Below, piece by piece: positions 5,755 to 13,870 of a stretch of DNA of 30,574 bases (positions are counted from its first letter, which is position 1; each line of letters starts with the position of its first letter). The position numbers were made by a program, and so were the translations under genes. Origin of the DNA: a virus (Duplodnaviria > Caudoviricetes); IMG/VR virus record IMGVR_UViG_3300048850_000065, positions 1-30,574 of that record. The stretch is one strand, 5' to 3'. Below the pieces are notes generated by a model. That model was not told the DNA's origin, did no database searches, and saw nothing but the letters and a program-made list of their open reading frames with translations.

Positions 5755-8319
5755 ATGAATATTACAGCGAGTTTTCCCTTTTGGACGACGGAAACTACAA
5801 TCTTGCGCAAGCCGCAAAAAGCGGAGCCGCCTGTCTTTGCGATATTTTCTTACCGGTACGACGTGGTATTGGTCCCAGGCCTGATTGAAAATCTTCGCCC
5901 GTCAATTCACGGCTACGTTTCGCTTGAGGACAAGGCAGATGAGCTGTTTTCGGATGAACCCGCGCGGCGAAGATTGCTCCTAAATGCGGCCAAAAGAGCA
6001 GGCGCAGCTTGGGCGCTTGCAATCGATCCCGACGAACGGGTCGAACATGCGTTGGGCGAACGGATCGCCGAATTCACTTCTCGGCCGCGCACATGTTGGA
6101 CGTTCAATTTGAGGGAGATGTTCACACCGGACGCTTGGCGCGATGATGGCCTCTGGGGCCGAAAAAAGCTGATGCGCCTCTTTCCAGTATTGCCTGACTT
6201 GGAAGTCGATTCAGCAGCATTGCATGGGCGCTGGATTCCCGCGCAGCCCGGTCTGGATGAACGTCATACCGGGCTCAACATATATCACTTGCGCATGGCG
6301 GATCCTCGGCGGCGCCAGGCGAGGCGCGATCTCTATGCCACGAACGATCCAGATCGGCTTTATCAGACAATCGGCTACGACTACCTAGCCGATACGCGAG
6401 GCATGCAACTCTCCCCGATACCAAAGGGGCGCGGCTTCGCTCCGCCTTTTCACGATGATGGAAATCTTTGGGCTGCCCAACTGCCAGGCAGGCCGCCCAC
6501 TCCGGACCCCCTTCCCTGCCGTTATGCGCTCGCCGGAAAGCATATTGCACTGCGCGCCTTCGGCCCTGCCAGCTACGTGCTTGGCGACATCGCCTCGCTC
6601 AACCCTGACGATAACGACCTGGCCGTGGCTGCTGCCTATTTCGCAGCTAAATCTGGCTCGTCCGAAGCGCACCGTGTGCACGACTTCCTAAAGACCCGCC
6701 TAGACTCGGCTGCAGCCCTTTTGATCCTGGCGGAGTGCAATGCGGAATCCGATCGGAAAGCCGCGCGTCAGTATTTGCAGGAGGCCAAAGCAATCGCGCC
6801 CGGAAGTCTGTTGGTTGAGCAGGCGCTGCGGCGGCTTGATGCATCGCCTGCAGCATTTGCCGAGCCAATGGCACTGTGGCGACGCTGGATCGGGAACGGG
6901 CGTGCGACTCTACGCGAAGGAGAGCAGATTGCAGGTGGAGCCAAAATTGCCACCGTCGTTATTGGCGTTGGTGCATCCGCGGAATTACGAGGGGCGGTCG
7001 CGTCTTTGTGTGAGCAGGATGTGGACACCGAGATCGTGGTTGTGAATACGGGAGGCGGCGACGCGCAGACAACTCTTGGGGATCTAGTGGAACGTGTTCG
7101 ACTGATCGAAGTTGAGGAACGACGCTTTGTCGGCGTAGCGCGCAACATCGGGATAGATGCTTCGTGCGCGCCCATTGTGGCATTTCTAGCCGCTGATTGC
7201 CGCGCGCGTCCAGGATGGATTTCAGCTCGACTCGCCCGACACCAAGGAGGTGCGCATGCAGTCGCGTCGCCGGTTATCGCCGAACCTCCAGTGACCTCAG
7301 TGGTACGCGCGTCAAATGTCATGCAGCATGCAAGACGCCATCCGGCCACGCCTGAATCCGAAGCACTACGATATGGCTTGTCCTACGATCGCAGTCTCCT
7401 TCACCACGTCGGATACTTTTCGCCAGGTATGCGCACTGGAGAGGACTCCAACTATAACGCCCGCGTAGCGGAAATGTGCGAGATTGCATGGGCACCGGAA
7501 ATTCTAACAACACACCGCTATCCGACAAACATCGTCGCGTTTCTGCAAGATTGCTGGAAGCGTGGGCGCCTCGCTGCGCAACACCCTCCATTCATGGACC
7601 CTCTCCGGGGCTTGGCTCGAGCGATAGACTGGAAATCGGACGCCGCCGCACGCCGCAAATACCGGCTCGAGGCTATAAGAAAAGCGCAGATTGGACCAGC
7701 ACGCCGTCACTTCACTCGCCTGCTCGCTGCAGTTGGGCAGTGGCTTTGGTATATCTCCTGCCGTAGGGCTTTGCGGCACTGTCGTTCAGTTGCCGAGGCC
7801 GTGGCGGTACCGAAAGAGGGATCGCCCAGTGCGTTGGCGCTTGCTGACAGGGCGGTTGCAGAGAACCCACAGAATCTGGCAGCGCTGCTCTGCGCGGCCG
7901 AACAGCGGCTCCGGAAGAGCGATGCGTCATCGGATGACTTGCGTGAAGCCGCCAATCTTCTCGACAGGGCGGCCCCCCTGCTGCCAAACTATGGATTGCC
8001 GCTCACTTTGCAGGGGGAGGCACGGCGTCGTCTTGGGAACGCGGGTGAAGCAGCAGATATTGCGGAGTTTGCCGTGATCTGCTCGCCCCTCGCCCCTTGG
8101 TGCGCCATTGTAGCGGCTGACGCCGCCGCCAAGGTGGGCGAGGCCGGGCGGGCGCGCCTACTTGCGCAATTTGCCTTGTCGCTTTCGATCGATACTAGCG
8201 ATGTACACCGACGCGTCGCGAGGATTCATCGCCAGTTCGGCGATATAGATGGAGCGAAGCGTCGGTTGGAATGCGCAGAGATGCTTGAAGAAGATGCAAA
8301 ACGGCGCAATGACGGTTAG
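5755..8319 (+). CDS. Multidomain glycosyltransferase (GT-A/GT2-like N-domain, TPR-like helices, GT2 domain, TPR-like C-terminus)
   Basis: WALAIDPDE (DxD); second domain EIVVVNTGG...ARNIGIDAS.APIVAFLAADC...GED; Ala-rich helical repeats (AKAIAPGS, AVAENPQN, AAPLLPNY). Start uncertain (5584 or 5755). Confidence 0.85.
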   Translation: MNITASFPFWTTETTILRKPQKAEPPVFAIFSYRYDVVLVPGLIENLRPSIHGYVSLEDKADELFSDEPARRRLLLNAAKRAGAAWALAIDPDERVEHALGERIAEFTSRPRTCWTFNLREMFTPDAWRDDGLWGRKKLMRLFPVLPDLEVDSAALHGRWIPAQPGLDERHTGLNIYHLRMADPRRRQARRDLYATNDPDRLYQTIGYDYLADTRGMQLSPIPKGRGFAPPFHDDGNLWAAQLPGRPPTPDPLPCRYALAGKHIALRAFGPASYVLGDIASLNPDDNDLAVAAAYFAAKSGSSEAHRVHDFLKTRLDSAAALLILAECNAESDRKAARQYLQEAKAIAPGSLLVEQALRRLDASPAAFAEPMALWRRWIGNGRATLREGEQIAGGAKIATVVIGVGASAELRGAVASLCEQDVDTEIVVVNTGGGDAQTTLGDLVERVRLIEVEERRFVGVARNIGIDASCAPIVAFLAADCRARPGWISARLARHQGGAHAVASPVIAEPPVTSVVRASNVMQHARRHPATPESEALRYGLSYDRSLLHHVGYFSPGMRTGEDSNYNARVAEMCEIAWAPEILTTHRYPTNIVAFLQDCWKRGRLAAQHPPFMDPLRGLARAIDWKSDAAARRKYRLEAIRKAQIGPARRHFTRLLAAVGQWLWYISCRRALRHCRSVAEAVAVPKEGSPSALALADRAVAENPQNLAALLCAAEQRLRKSDASSDDLREAANLLDRAAPLLPNYGLPLTLQGEARRRLGNAGEAADIAEFAVICSPLAPWCAIVAADAAAKVGEAGRARLLAQFALSLSIDTSDVHRRVARIHRQFGDIDGAKRRLECAEMLEEDAKRRNDG

Positions 8320-8324
8320 GACCG

Positions 8325-8350
8325 CCGTGGCCTGCATTGTTGTGCCACGG
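8325..8350. terminator. Hairpin between the convergent glycosyltransferase genes
   Basis: CCGTGGC-N12-GCCACGG just after the 8319 stop; no clear U-tract. Confidence 0.35.
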
Positions 8351-8425
8351 GGCTCACCCCAGTCCCTTCGGACATGGAGAGATACAAACACGAAGCTTCA
8401 TGGTGTTCTAGGCGCGCCAGACTGG

Positions 8426-10450
8426 CTATGCTTGTCTTCGCCGGCTGAACCAGCTCCGCTTGCTGAGCTCGATTTCCTTCAGTGTCGTTTCAAGTTCCCT
8501 GACCCGATTCCGATTCCATTCCAGCTTCGAAACAGTTCGGGTAAGTTTTCCTTCCACTGAAGCCAGCGCGCGCACGGTTTGCTCGGCCTTCTCTAGTCTG
8601 GTTTTGAACTTCGCCTGATCCGATTTTGCGAGGTTTAATAGCCGCTCGTCTATATGGCGAATGATTTCCTCTTGGATCGACTCCCTGTCAACAACTGCAA
8701 CTCGCTCAAGCCCATGTACAAGGCGGTCACCGTATTCCTTTAGACGGTGCCAATCCGCACCTGTGGTGACAGCTTTCCAGCCAGTGAAAAGCTCCAAACC
8801 ATCTTCATCCTCTGGCGTTAGAGAACCCAAAAGGACCTCATGAACCTTACGTACACAGCCGAGAGACACTCGTTTTTGCAGATCTCTTTTGGCCGCGGTT
8901 ATTTGGCCATCATGGATTCGGTAGTAGGTGACACCGACAGGAAGATACCAACCAGCAAGGTTGTTTCCCTCAATGTTCCTGTAAAGCCAATCGCAATCGA
9001 CACCAGCCTCCAGGCGAGTATCAAAGGGGAGAGAGAAGGACTCGCGTCGGAAACTCAATCCGGGGAACGGACATGGCATACCAAAGTACTGGCGCACACT
9101 TATGGCGGTCGCCTTGGAAACAAGCGGTCGAGCGCTTCGCACGGCGCTCTTCTTATCAAAGATGCTAAAGCCTATCAGATCTGCCGTCGGAAACTGCTCG
9201 TAGGCTCTAAGGGTCCATTCCGCCCGCTGCGGTACGGAAATGTCGTCGACATCAGCGATAACGACGAGCTCGGTTTTAGTATTTTCCAGCGCCAGGTTTA
9301 GTGCCGCAGACCGGCCCACACGATCAGACTGAATGAGCTTGAATCGCGCGTCAGAGGCGAACTCTTTAGCTACAATATCGACGGAATCATCTGAGGATCC
9401 GTCGTCCACAAAAACGACTTCGAAGTTGCTATTGGTCTGCTGTTTAATAGAGGCGGAATATTCCGCCAAATGCAGCGCGCCATTGAAGCAGGTGGTGACG
9501 AACGTCAACTTCTTGCCGCTGTCAAAAGACGGTTTCGCCGCAACTAAATTCCTTCTGACGGCGAGCAGTTTCGCGCCATAGGTGACCGCGGCCAGATTGT
9601 AGAAAACAGATCGAATGGACGGCAAATCTGGATTTGTTTGCGAGATGAACTCTTCATTTCGCTTCATACGATCGATCTTGTCAGCGACCGAGGCGTCCGG
9701 CTTCACAAAGTCGTGGCGGAGGACGGCCTCAGGCTCATACAAAAAAGCGTCTGGCCCATAGACTGGGTAAAGTCTTGCCGTGAGCTCAATGCCTTCGTGT
9801 CCATACAACAACGGCTCGAACTTATGACGCTTCAACGCAGCTAGTTTCCAGGTCGTCATGCCCTCGATGTCGGCAAATCGTTGTTTTATGTTCTGACCGA
9901 GATCATAGTGCTTCGGCACGTCTTTGAAGTTACGGCTTGGAACAACGCGGCCGCGAACAGCCGTCGCATCAAAAACGTGTTGCGTTTCGATTAGCTTCCG
10001 GACGCAGTCGGCGGTTGTGACGCCGTCGTCATCAATGAAAGTAATCGTCTCGCCCTCGGCGAAGTGGATCGCGATGTTCCGACCAATCGAGGCGCCAAAG
10101 TTTCCGCCAGTGATCAGCTGGAGAAAACGACCGTCCGTAAGCTCGTCCGCATAGGGAAAAAGACTTTCATGCGCATTCGAGACCAACACAACGCAATATG
10201 CCGGATCCTCCAAGAGGGTGGATAGACCGCGCAAGAGTTGTTCGGTCTCCAGCTGCTGCTTGTAAGTGACAATGCATATAATATGCCTGCCCCACTCAAA
10301 ACTTCTTCCCAACGATTTCTTCACAAACGCGTAATCAAGGGCCTCAAACTGCAAAATATATTTTTTTGCCTTATCAAAAAGGCCGTCACCAAACGACCTT
10401 TTCGATTTTATATAATATTCCAGTGCACTTGTAAGTAATTTTTCTACCAT
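8426..10450 (-). CDS. Tandem GT2 glycosyltransferase with C-terminal coiled coil
   Basis: Domain 1: ICIVTY...NFGASIGRNIAI...ITFIDDDG. Domain 2: FVTTCFNG...QQTNSNFEVVFVDDGSSDDS...ALNLAL...IADVDD...YYRIHDGQIT. Heptad-like tail ending LSKRSWFSRRR. Confidence 0.92.
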   Translation of the reverse strand: MVEKLLTSALEYYIKSKRSFGDGLFDKAKKYILQFEALDYAFVKKSLGRSFEWGRHIICIVTYKQQLETEQLLRGLSTLLEDPAYCVVLVSNAHESLFPYADELTDGRFLQLITGGNFGASIGRNIAIHFAEGETITFIDDDGVTTADCVRKLIETQHVFDATAVRGRVVPSRNFKDVPKHYDLGQNIKQRFADIEGMTTWKLAALKRHKFEPLLYGHEGIELTARLYPVYGPDAFLYEPEAVLRHDFVKPDASVADKIDRMKRNEEFISQTNPDLPSIRSVFYNLAAVTYGAKLLAVRRNLVAAKPSFDSGKKLTFVTTCFNGALHLAEYSASIKQQTNSNFEVVFVDDGSSDDSVDIVAKEFASDARFKLIQSDRVGRSAALNLALENTKTELVVIADVDDISVPQRAEWTLRAYEQFPTADLIGFSIFDKKSAVRSARPLVSKATAISVRQYFGMPCPFPGLSFRRESFSLPFDTRLEAGVDCDWLYRNIEGNNLAGWYLPVGVTYYRIHDGQITAAKRDLQKRVSLGCVRKVHEVLLGSLTPEDEDGLELFTGWKAVTTGADWHRLKEYGDRLVHGLERVAVVDRESIQEEIIRHIDERLLNLAKSDQAKFKTRLEKAEQTVRALASVEGKLTRTVSKLEWNRNRVRELETTLKEIELSKRSWFSRRRQA

Positions 10451-10533
10451 TTTGTTTATACCTGAAGAATTACTCCGACCGCGGTTAAGCGTCGGACTCT
10501 CAAAGCGCGCATACTCTGATTGTCAGTTTGGGG

Positions 10534-11259
10534 CTATTTGCTGGCCATGCCCTGCAACGTAAAAATGCAGACTTCCCGTGTCTTGCCCCACATGAAGTTC
10601 GTAAAAATTTTCAAGTCCTTTGCGCCCACAGATCGCACGAAGGCTTTGTCGATGGTGTTTATGTGACCTTTGGTGGTGATTGGATTCTCGTTCCAGGGGC
10701 AAGCAACGATCACATCTCGGCGCGCCATTTGCTGAAGTTTAGCCACAAATGCCTTTGGCTCCGGAACGTGCTCAATTACATGAGAACAAATAATGAGGTC
10801 CCAGCTCCGATCTTTTACGTCGAAAACGTTGGACTTGATGAATTCAACTTCCGGGCACAAGCACTCTTTAAGCTCTAGGAAATAGTCGTGTATGTCTAGA
10901 GCAGAAATCTTCATCTTCAAACTATTGAAGCTATCAGGGGCATGTGTGCGTGCGAGCAGCCGCGTTCCAGAGAATGTCTGAGGGCCAATATCCAGCACGT
11001 CTATACTTCTGTTCACTGGGTAGTTGAAGTACAGGCTGTGAATAACCGGGATGATCTCAGCCATGAAAAGCTCTGACTGAGGCATCGACTTATCATAGAA
11101 AACGTTTGGGTCTACGTTTCCTCTTTGGATACACGCTTTCTGCGTCTTCACCCATAGTTCCCGAAGGCGTGGAATAAATTGCAGCATTTCCTCACGGCTG
11201 AATGTGGTGAGATCTAATTCTTCGATCTGGCTTAGTATATCGACATTAGACTCAGGCAT
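10534..11259 (-). CDS. Class I SAM-dependent methyltransferase
   Basis: VLDIGP motif I, ISALDI motif II, WDLIICSHVIEHVPEP...VIVACP; GGAG RBS; AT-rich. Confidence 0.9.
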   Translation of the reverse strand: MPESNVDILSQIEELDLTTFSREEMLQFIPRLRELWVKTQKACIQRGNVDPNVFYDKSMPQSELFMAEIIPVIHSLYFNYPVNRSIDVLDIGPQTFSGTRLLARTHAPDSFNSLKMKISALDIHDYFLELKECLCPEVEFIKSNVFDVKDRSWDLIICSHVIEHVPEPKAFVAKLQQMARRDVIVACPWNENPITTKGHINTIDKAFVRSVGAKDLKIFTNFMWGKTREVCIFTLQGMASK

Positions 11260-11468
11260 GATAAAACTCCGTGCTGCTTATTCAGCTGCACCTAAAAAGT
11301 GAAAGATGCGCTACTAGGTTGTATTCCTCGCCTTATACTAACTCTTTTGAATCCGCAATATGGAAATGCCCATCCTCAGTTGCACAAGCGCGCATCTGAT
11401 AAGTTCATCATTTCTCTGGGGATCCGGAAGGTGTGCTGCATATCACGACGCGATTGCGACAAATGCGC

Positions 11469-11499
11469 AATAAAAAAGGCCCTATCCATGGCTGGGCCT
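11469..11499 (-). terminator. Intrinsic terminator at the end of the lysis cassette
   Basis: Minus strand AGGCCC-N11-GGGCCT followed by TTTTTATT. Confidence 0.7.
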
Positions 11500-11548
11500 A
11501 GAGGTTAGCGCGACGCCGCAGCAAAATGGCCGCGCTGGTGGTTTGTTT

Positions 11549-11833
11549 TTATGATCTAGTGGAGCGGCCAGTGCGCTGCTCGAAAACCCTGTCTAGTCGC
11601 TCCCCGAAAGCGTCAATTCGATTGCCGACACCCTCGATCGCGCGCATGATTTGCGCGGTCTGTTCCTGCATTCCAGCCTTCGTGACGTAGGATTCGGCGA
11701 CATGCAAACGATGAGCAGATAGCTCATCGCGTACCGCTCCTATCTTCCCGTCGACAAACTTCCACACGCCAAAAATGGCTCCGAACACGCCGACGAAGAA
11801 GCCGACGGCATACATTATCTCGGCGCCCGTCAT
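11549..11833 (-). CDS. Small membrane protein of the lysis cassette (N-terminal TM + coiled coil)
   Basis: IMYAVGFFVGVFGAIFGVW TM segment then a helical domain; ATGA coupling to the upstream gene. Confidence 0.8.
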   Translation of the reverse strand: MTGAEIMYAVGFFVGVFGAIFGVWKFVDGKIGAVRDELSAHRLHVAESYVTKAGMQEQTAQIMRAIEGVGNRIDAFGERLDRVFEQRTGRSTRS

Positions 11834-12240
11834 CTTTTCAGAGCTCCTGCGAGGGCGGAAACGCCAACAACGCCAGCGCCGGCATAGAAGATGTTCTGGA
11901 AAACCACGTCTGAATAACCTTTGAGTTGCGGCGGTAAAGCGGTGACGTCAGGCAGCGAGCCGCCCGCGAGAGAATCCAGCATGCCCCAGCCGAACCACGC
12001 CGCGCACGGCACGGAGGCGATCAGCCAGGGAATCCAGAACACCTTGTGCTGCATGCCTTCCTTGACGACGGCCGCGCTCTCGGCGCTGGCCGCCATCTTG
12101 GCTTCTATGGCTTTGATTTGGATATCGGCGGCAATGCGCTGCGCATCGTTCGCCGCGGCAAGGCGGGCAGCATGTGCCCGTTCAAGCGCGCCTACGAGAT
12201 CGCCAGTCAGCTTGCTGGCAATCCAGCGGAGCAGCCACAT
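11830..12240 (-). CDS. Putative holin-like membrane protein
   Basis: ATG overlaps the upstream stop (TGATG); amphipathic N-terminus, helical linker and two hydrophobic segments. Confidence 0.7.
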   Translation of the reverse strand: MWLLRWIASKLTGDLVGALERAHAARLAAANDAQRIAADIQIKAIEAKMAASAESAAVVKEGMQHKVFWIPWLIASVPCAAWFGWGMLDSLAGGSLPDVTALPPQLKGYSDVVFQNIFYAGAGVVGVSALAGALKR

Positions 12241-12440
12241 CACGTCGGTCGCCCCATCTTCCTGGCCCACTGCCACCAGGCGACGGGAACCGCGCCGATA
12301 GCCGCAACAATGCCGGCCTCGATGGAGGCTGCGATGGCGGGATCTTCGGTAATCATGGCCCTGACTTCCTCGCCGATGTAGCCAGAGCCGTAAAGCCAGC
12401 CCGCGATCATGTAGAGGGCGATCCTTATCCAGACGCTCAT
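12240..12440 (-). CDS. Putative holin (66 aa, two hydrophobic segments)
   Basis: ATGA-coupled to the endolysin, GGAGG RBS, basic C-terminus WWQWARK. Confidence 0.75.
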   Translation of the reverse strand: MSVWIRIALYMIAGWLYGSGYIGEEVRAMITEDPAIAASIEAGIVAAIGAVPVAWWQWARKMGRPT

Positions 12441-13078
12441 TTCTTGCCTCCGCGGATGAGTAGGAGAAGGAAGCGGCCGAGCGCAGCCCAGAAGCCACCA
12501 GAGGCCGGAACAGCGGCGCGCGTGCCGTAGCCGCCAGCCTTCAGCGCCGCCTCGAACACGGCCGCGTGGCCAGCGATCGTGTTGGCCTTATCCGTGCCGT
12601 TGATGATTCTGCGCGCGCCGACGTAATCGGCCTTGTCGCCGACGATGTAGTCGCTCAGCCGCTTGCCGGTGAACCAGCCTGCGGCCATGCCTTTGAACAT
12701 GATTTTGGCCGCAATGTCCTGCCGCACGGCGAGATTGAAGTCGCGCAGCAACGCGCCTTTCAGGCCAAGCTCCTTATCGGCGCGCTCATAGTTCGAATCC
12801 CACGTCAACTGGACATAGCCGCGACCATAGGGAACCTGCCCGTACTTGCCTTTGACACCGTACTTGCGGCCGGCGCCCTTGCCGTATTCGGCGATCGGCT
12901 GCATCGTTCTGGCCGTCTCGTGGAGGGCTGTGGCGAGCATGTAGGCCAAATGATTCAGAGGCGTGCCGCGGCGCTCGGCCTCGTCAAGAATTGCGTCGAT
13001 GCCCTGCACCTGCCGCTCGGACATCTTTCCGGCGAACAGGGGTGAGCGCACCGCCGCGAAGAATTTCGCGCGGTCCAT
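12437..13078 (-). CDS. Endolysin, glycoside hydrolase family 19-like
   Basis: LAYMLATALHET..TMQPIAEYG, YGRGYVQLTW..NY, ARRIINGTD; AGGAG RBS at ATG 13078; hydrophobic C-terminal tail. Confidence 0.88.
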   Translation of the reverse strand: MDRAKFFAAVRSPLFAGKMSERQVQGIDAILDEAERRGTPLNHLAYMLATALHETARTMQPIAEYGKGAGRKYGVKGKYGQVPYGRGYVQLTWDSNYERADKELGLKGALLRDFNLAVRQDIAAKIMFKGMAAGWFTGKRLSDYIVGDKADYVGARRIINGTDKANTIAGHAAVFEAALKAGGYGTRAAVPASGGFWAALGRFLLLLIRGGKK

Positions 13079-13141
13079 GGTGTCTCCTGCGATGTGGTGG
13101 TGGTTAGTGGCGCGGCGCGTGGAAGTGTCTGCCCTCGGGGC

Positions 13142-13171
13142 AAAAGAACGCCCCGCCTCAGCTGCCGGGGC
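13142..13171 (-). terminator. Terminator-like hairpin upstream of the endolysin
   Basis: Minus strand GCCCCG-N10-CGGGGC-GTTCTTTT. Confidence 0.5.
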
Positions 13172-13265
13172 ATGCGAGAAACAACCCCCAAAATTTTGGG
13201 GATAGCCTAATTCCAAAACGCACCAGCGAGCCGTACTATGGCGCTGACCACCTGGGGAGGGGCTT

Positions 13266-13526
13266 ATGAGGTTTGCGTTTAGTCTTTCGCTCGCCGCGAT
13301 CGGCGTATCATTTCTGCTGCCTAGCGATGGCTACAAGGCCGCGCTCTTCGTATTGTGCGGAGCGCTTGTATTTCTCTTCATGAAAGAACCGAAACTCGCA
13401 ATGGAAGCCATTCCCGTGGAGAAAGAAGCTGAGCCGGATTCTGGCTATTGCGAGGACGACCAAGCCGACTACGACAATGCCGACGTCCGCTGGCGCGAAT
13501 TTATGGCTGACAACTGCCGGCTCTAA
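13266..13526 (+). CDS. Small membrane protein moron (two hydrophobic segments, acidic tail)
   Basis: GGGGAGG RBS; antisense to the late operon. Confidence 0.7.
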   Translation: MRFAFSLSLAAIGVSFLLPSDGYKAALFVLCGALVFLFMKEPKLAMEAIPVEKEAEPDSGYCEDDQADYDNADVRWREFMADNCRL

Positions 13527-13534
13527 CTCATAGG

Positions 13535-13738
13535 CTAGCGCCGGGGTGATCTTCGTCTTTCCCGGCACAAGCTTCGTGATGCCCAGTTTGCGAGCGCTCG
13601 TCGGCAAGCACCGCTCCGCATCGTGAAGCCGGTACCGATCGTGGGAATGCCGACGGGATCCAGATAACAGGTCAGCGGGTTTCCTTCGTGGCCGCGCATA
13701 AAGGCGCGCCCACGCAAGGACGTGGTCGTGGTGGTCAT
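13535..13738 (-). pseudogene. Frameshifted, truncated GH24 (T4-type) lysozyme relic
   Basis: HEGNPLTCYLDPVGIPTIGTGFT carries the E-X8-D-X5-T triad. Lysozyme-like sequence appears to continue in another frame (KLGITKLVPGKTKITP) after ~13588, then runs into the end of the convergent moron. Confidence 0.8.
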
Positions 13739-13870
13739 TTGTCGTCCTGTGGTGGGGGCGTGCGTAACTTGCGGTGCCAAGGGGTCGCGCTAGCGGTTTG
13801 GCTTCGTCTGGCGATTCGACGTCTCCTGCAGACCCACCTACAACGTGTGCTGGGGTTGCTGGAGGCAGTG

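Noticed and set aside
13079-13216. N-terminal extensions in the ORF track (endolysin from 13216, ligase from 4157, moron from 13688, 11830 gene from 12498)
   Set aside because: Better RBS or translational coupling at downstream ATGs; the extensions overlap regulatory elements or other genes.
13308-13607. Programmed frameshift restoring a full-length GH24 lysozyme
   Set aside because: Lysozyme-like sequence ends near 13540, the rest is antisense to another gene, and there is no slippery heptamer.
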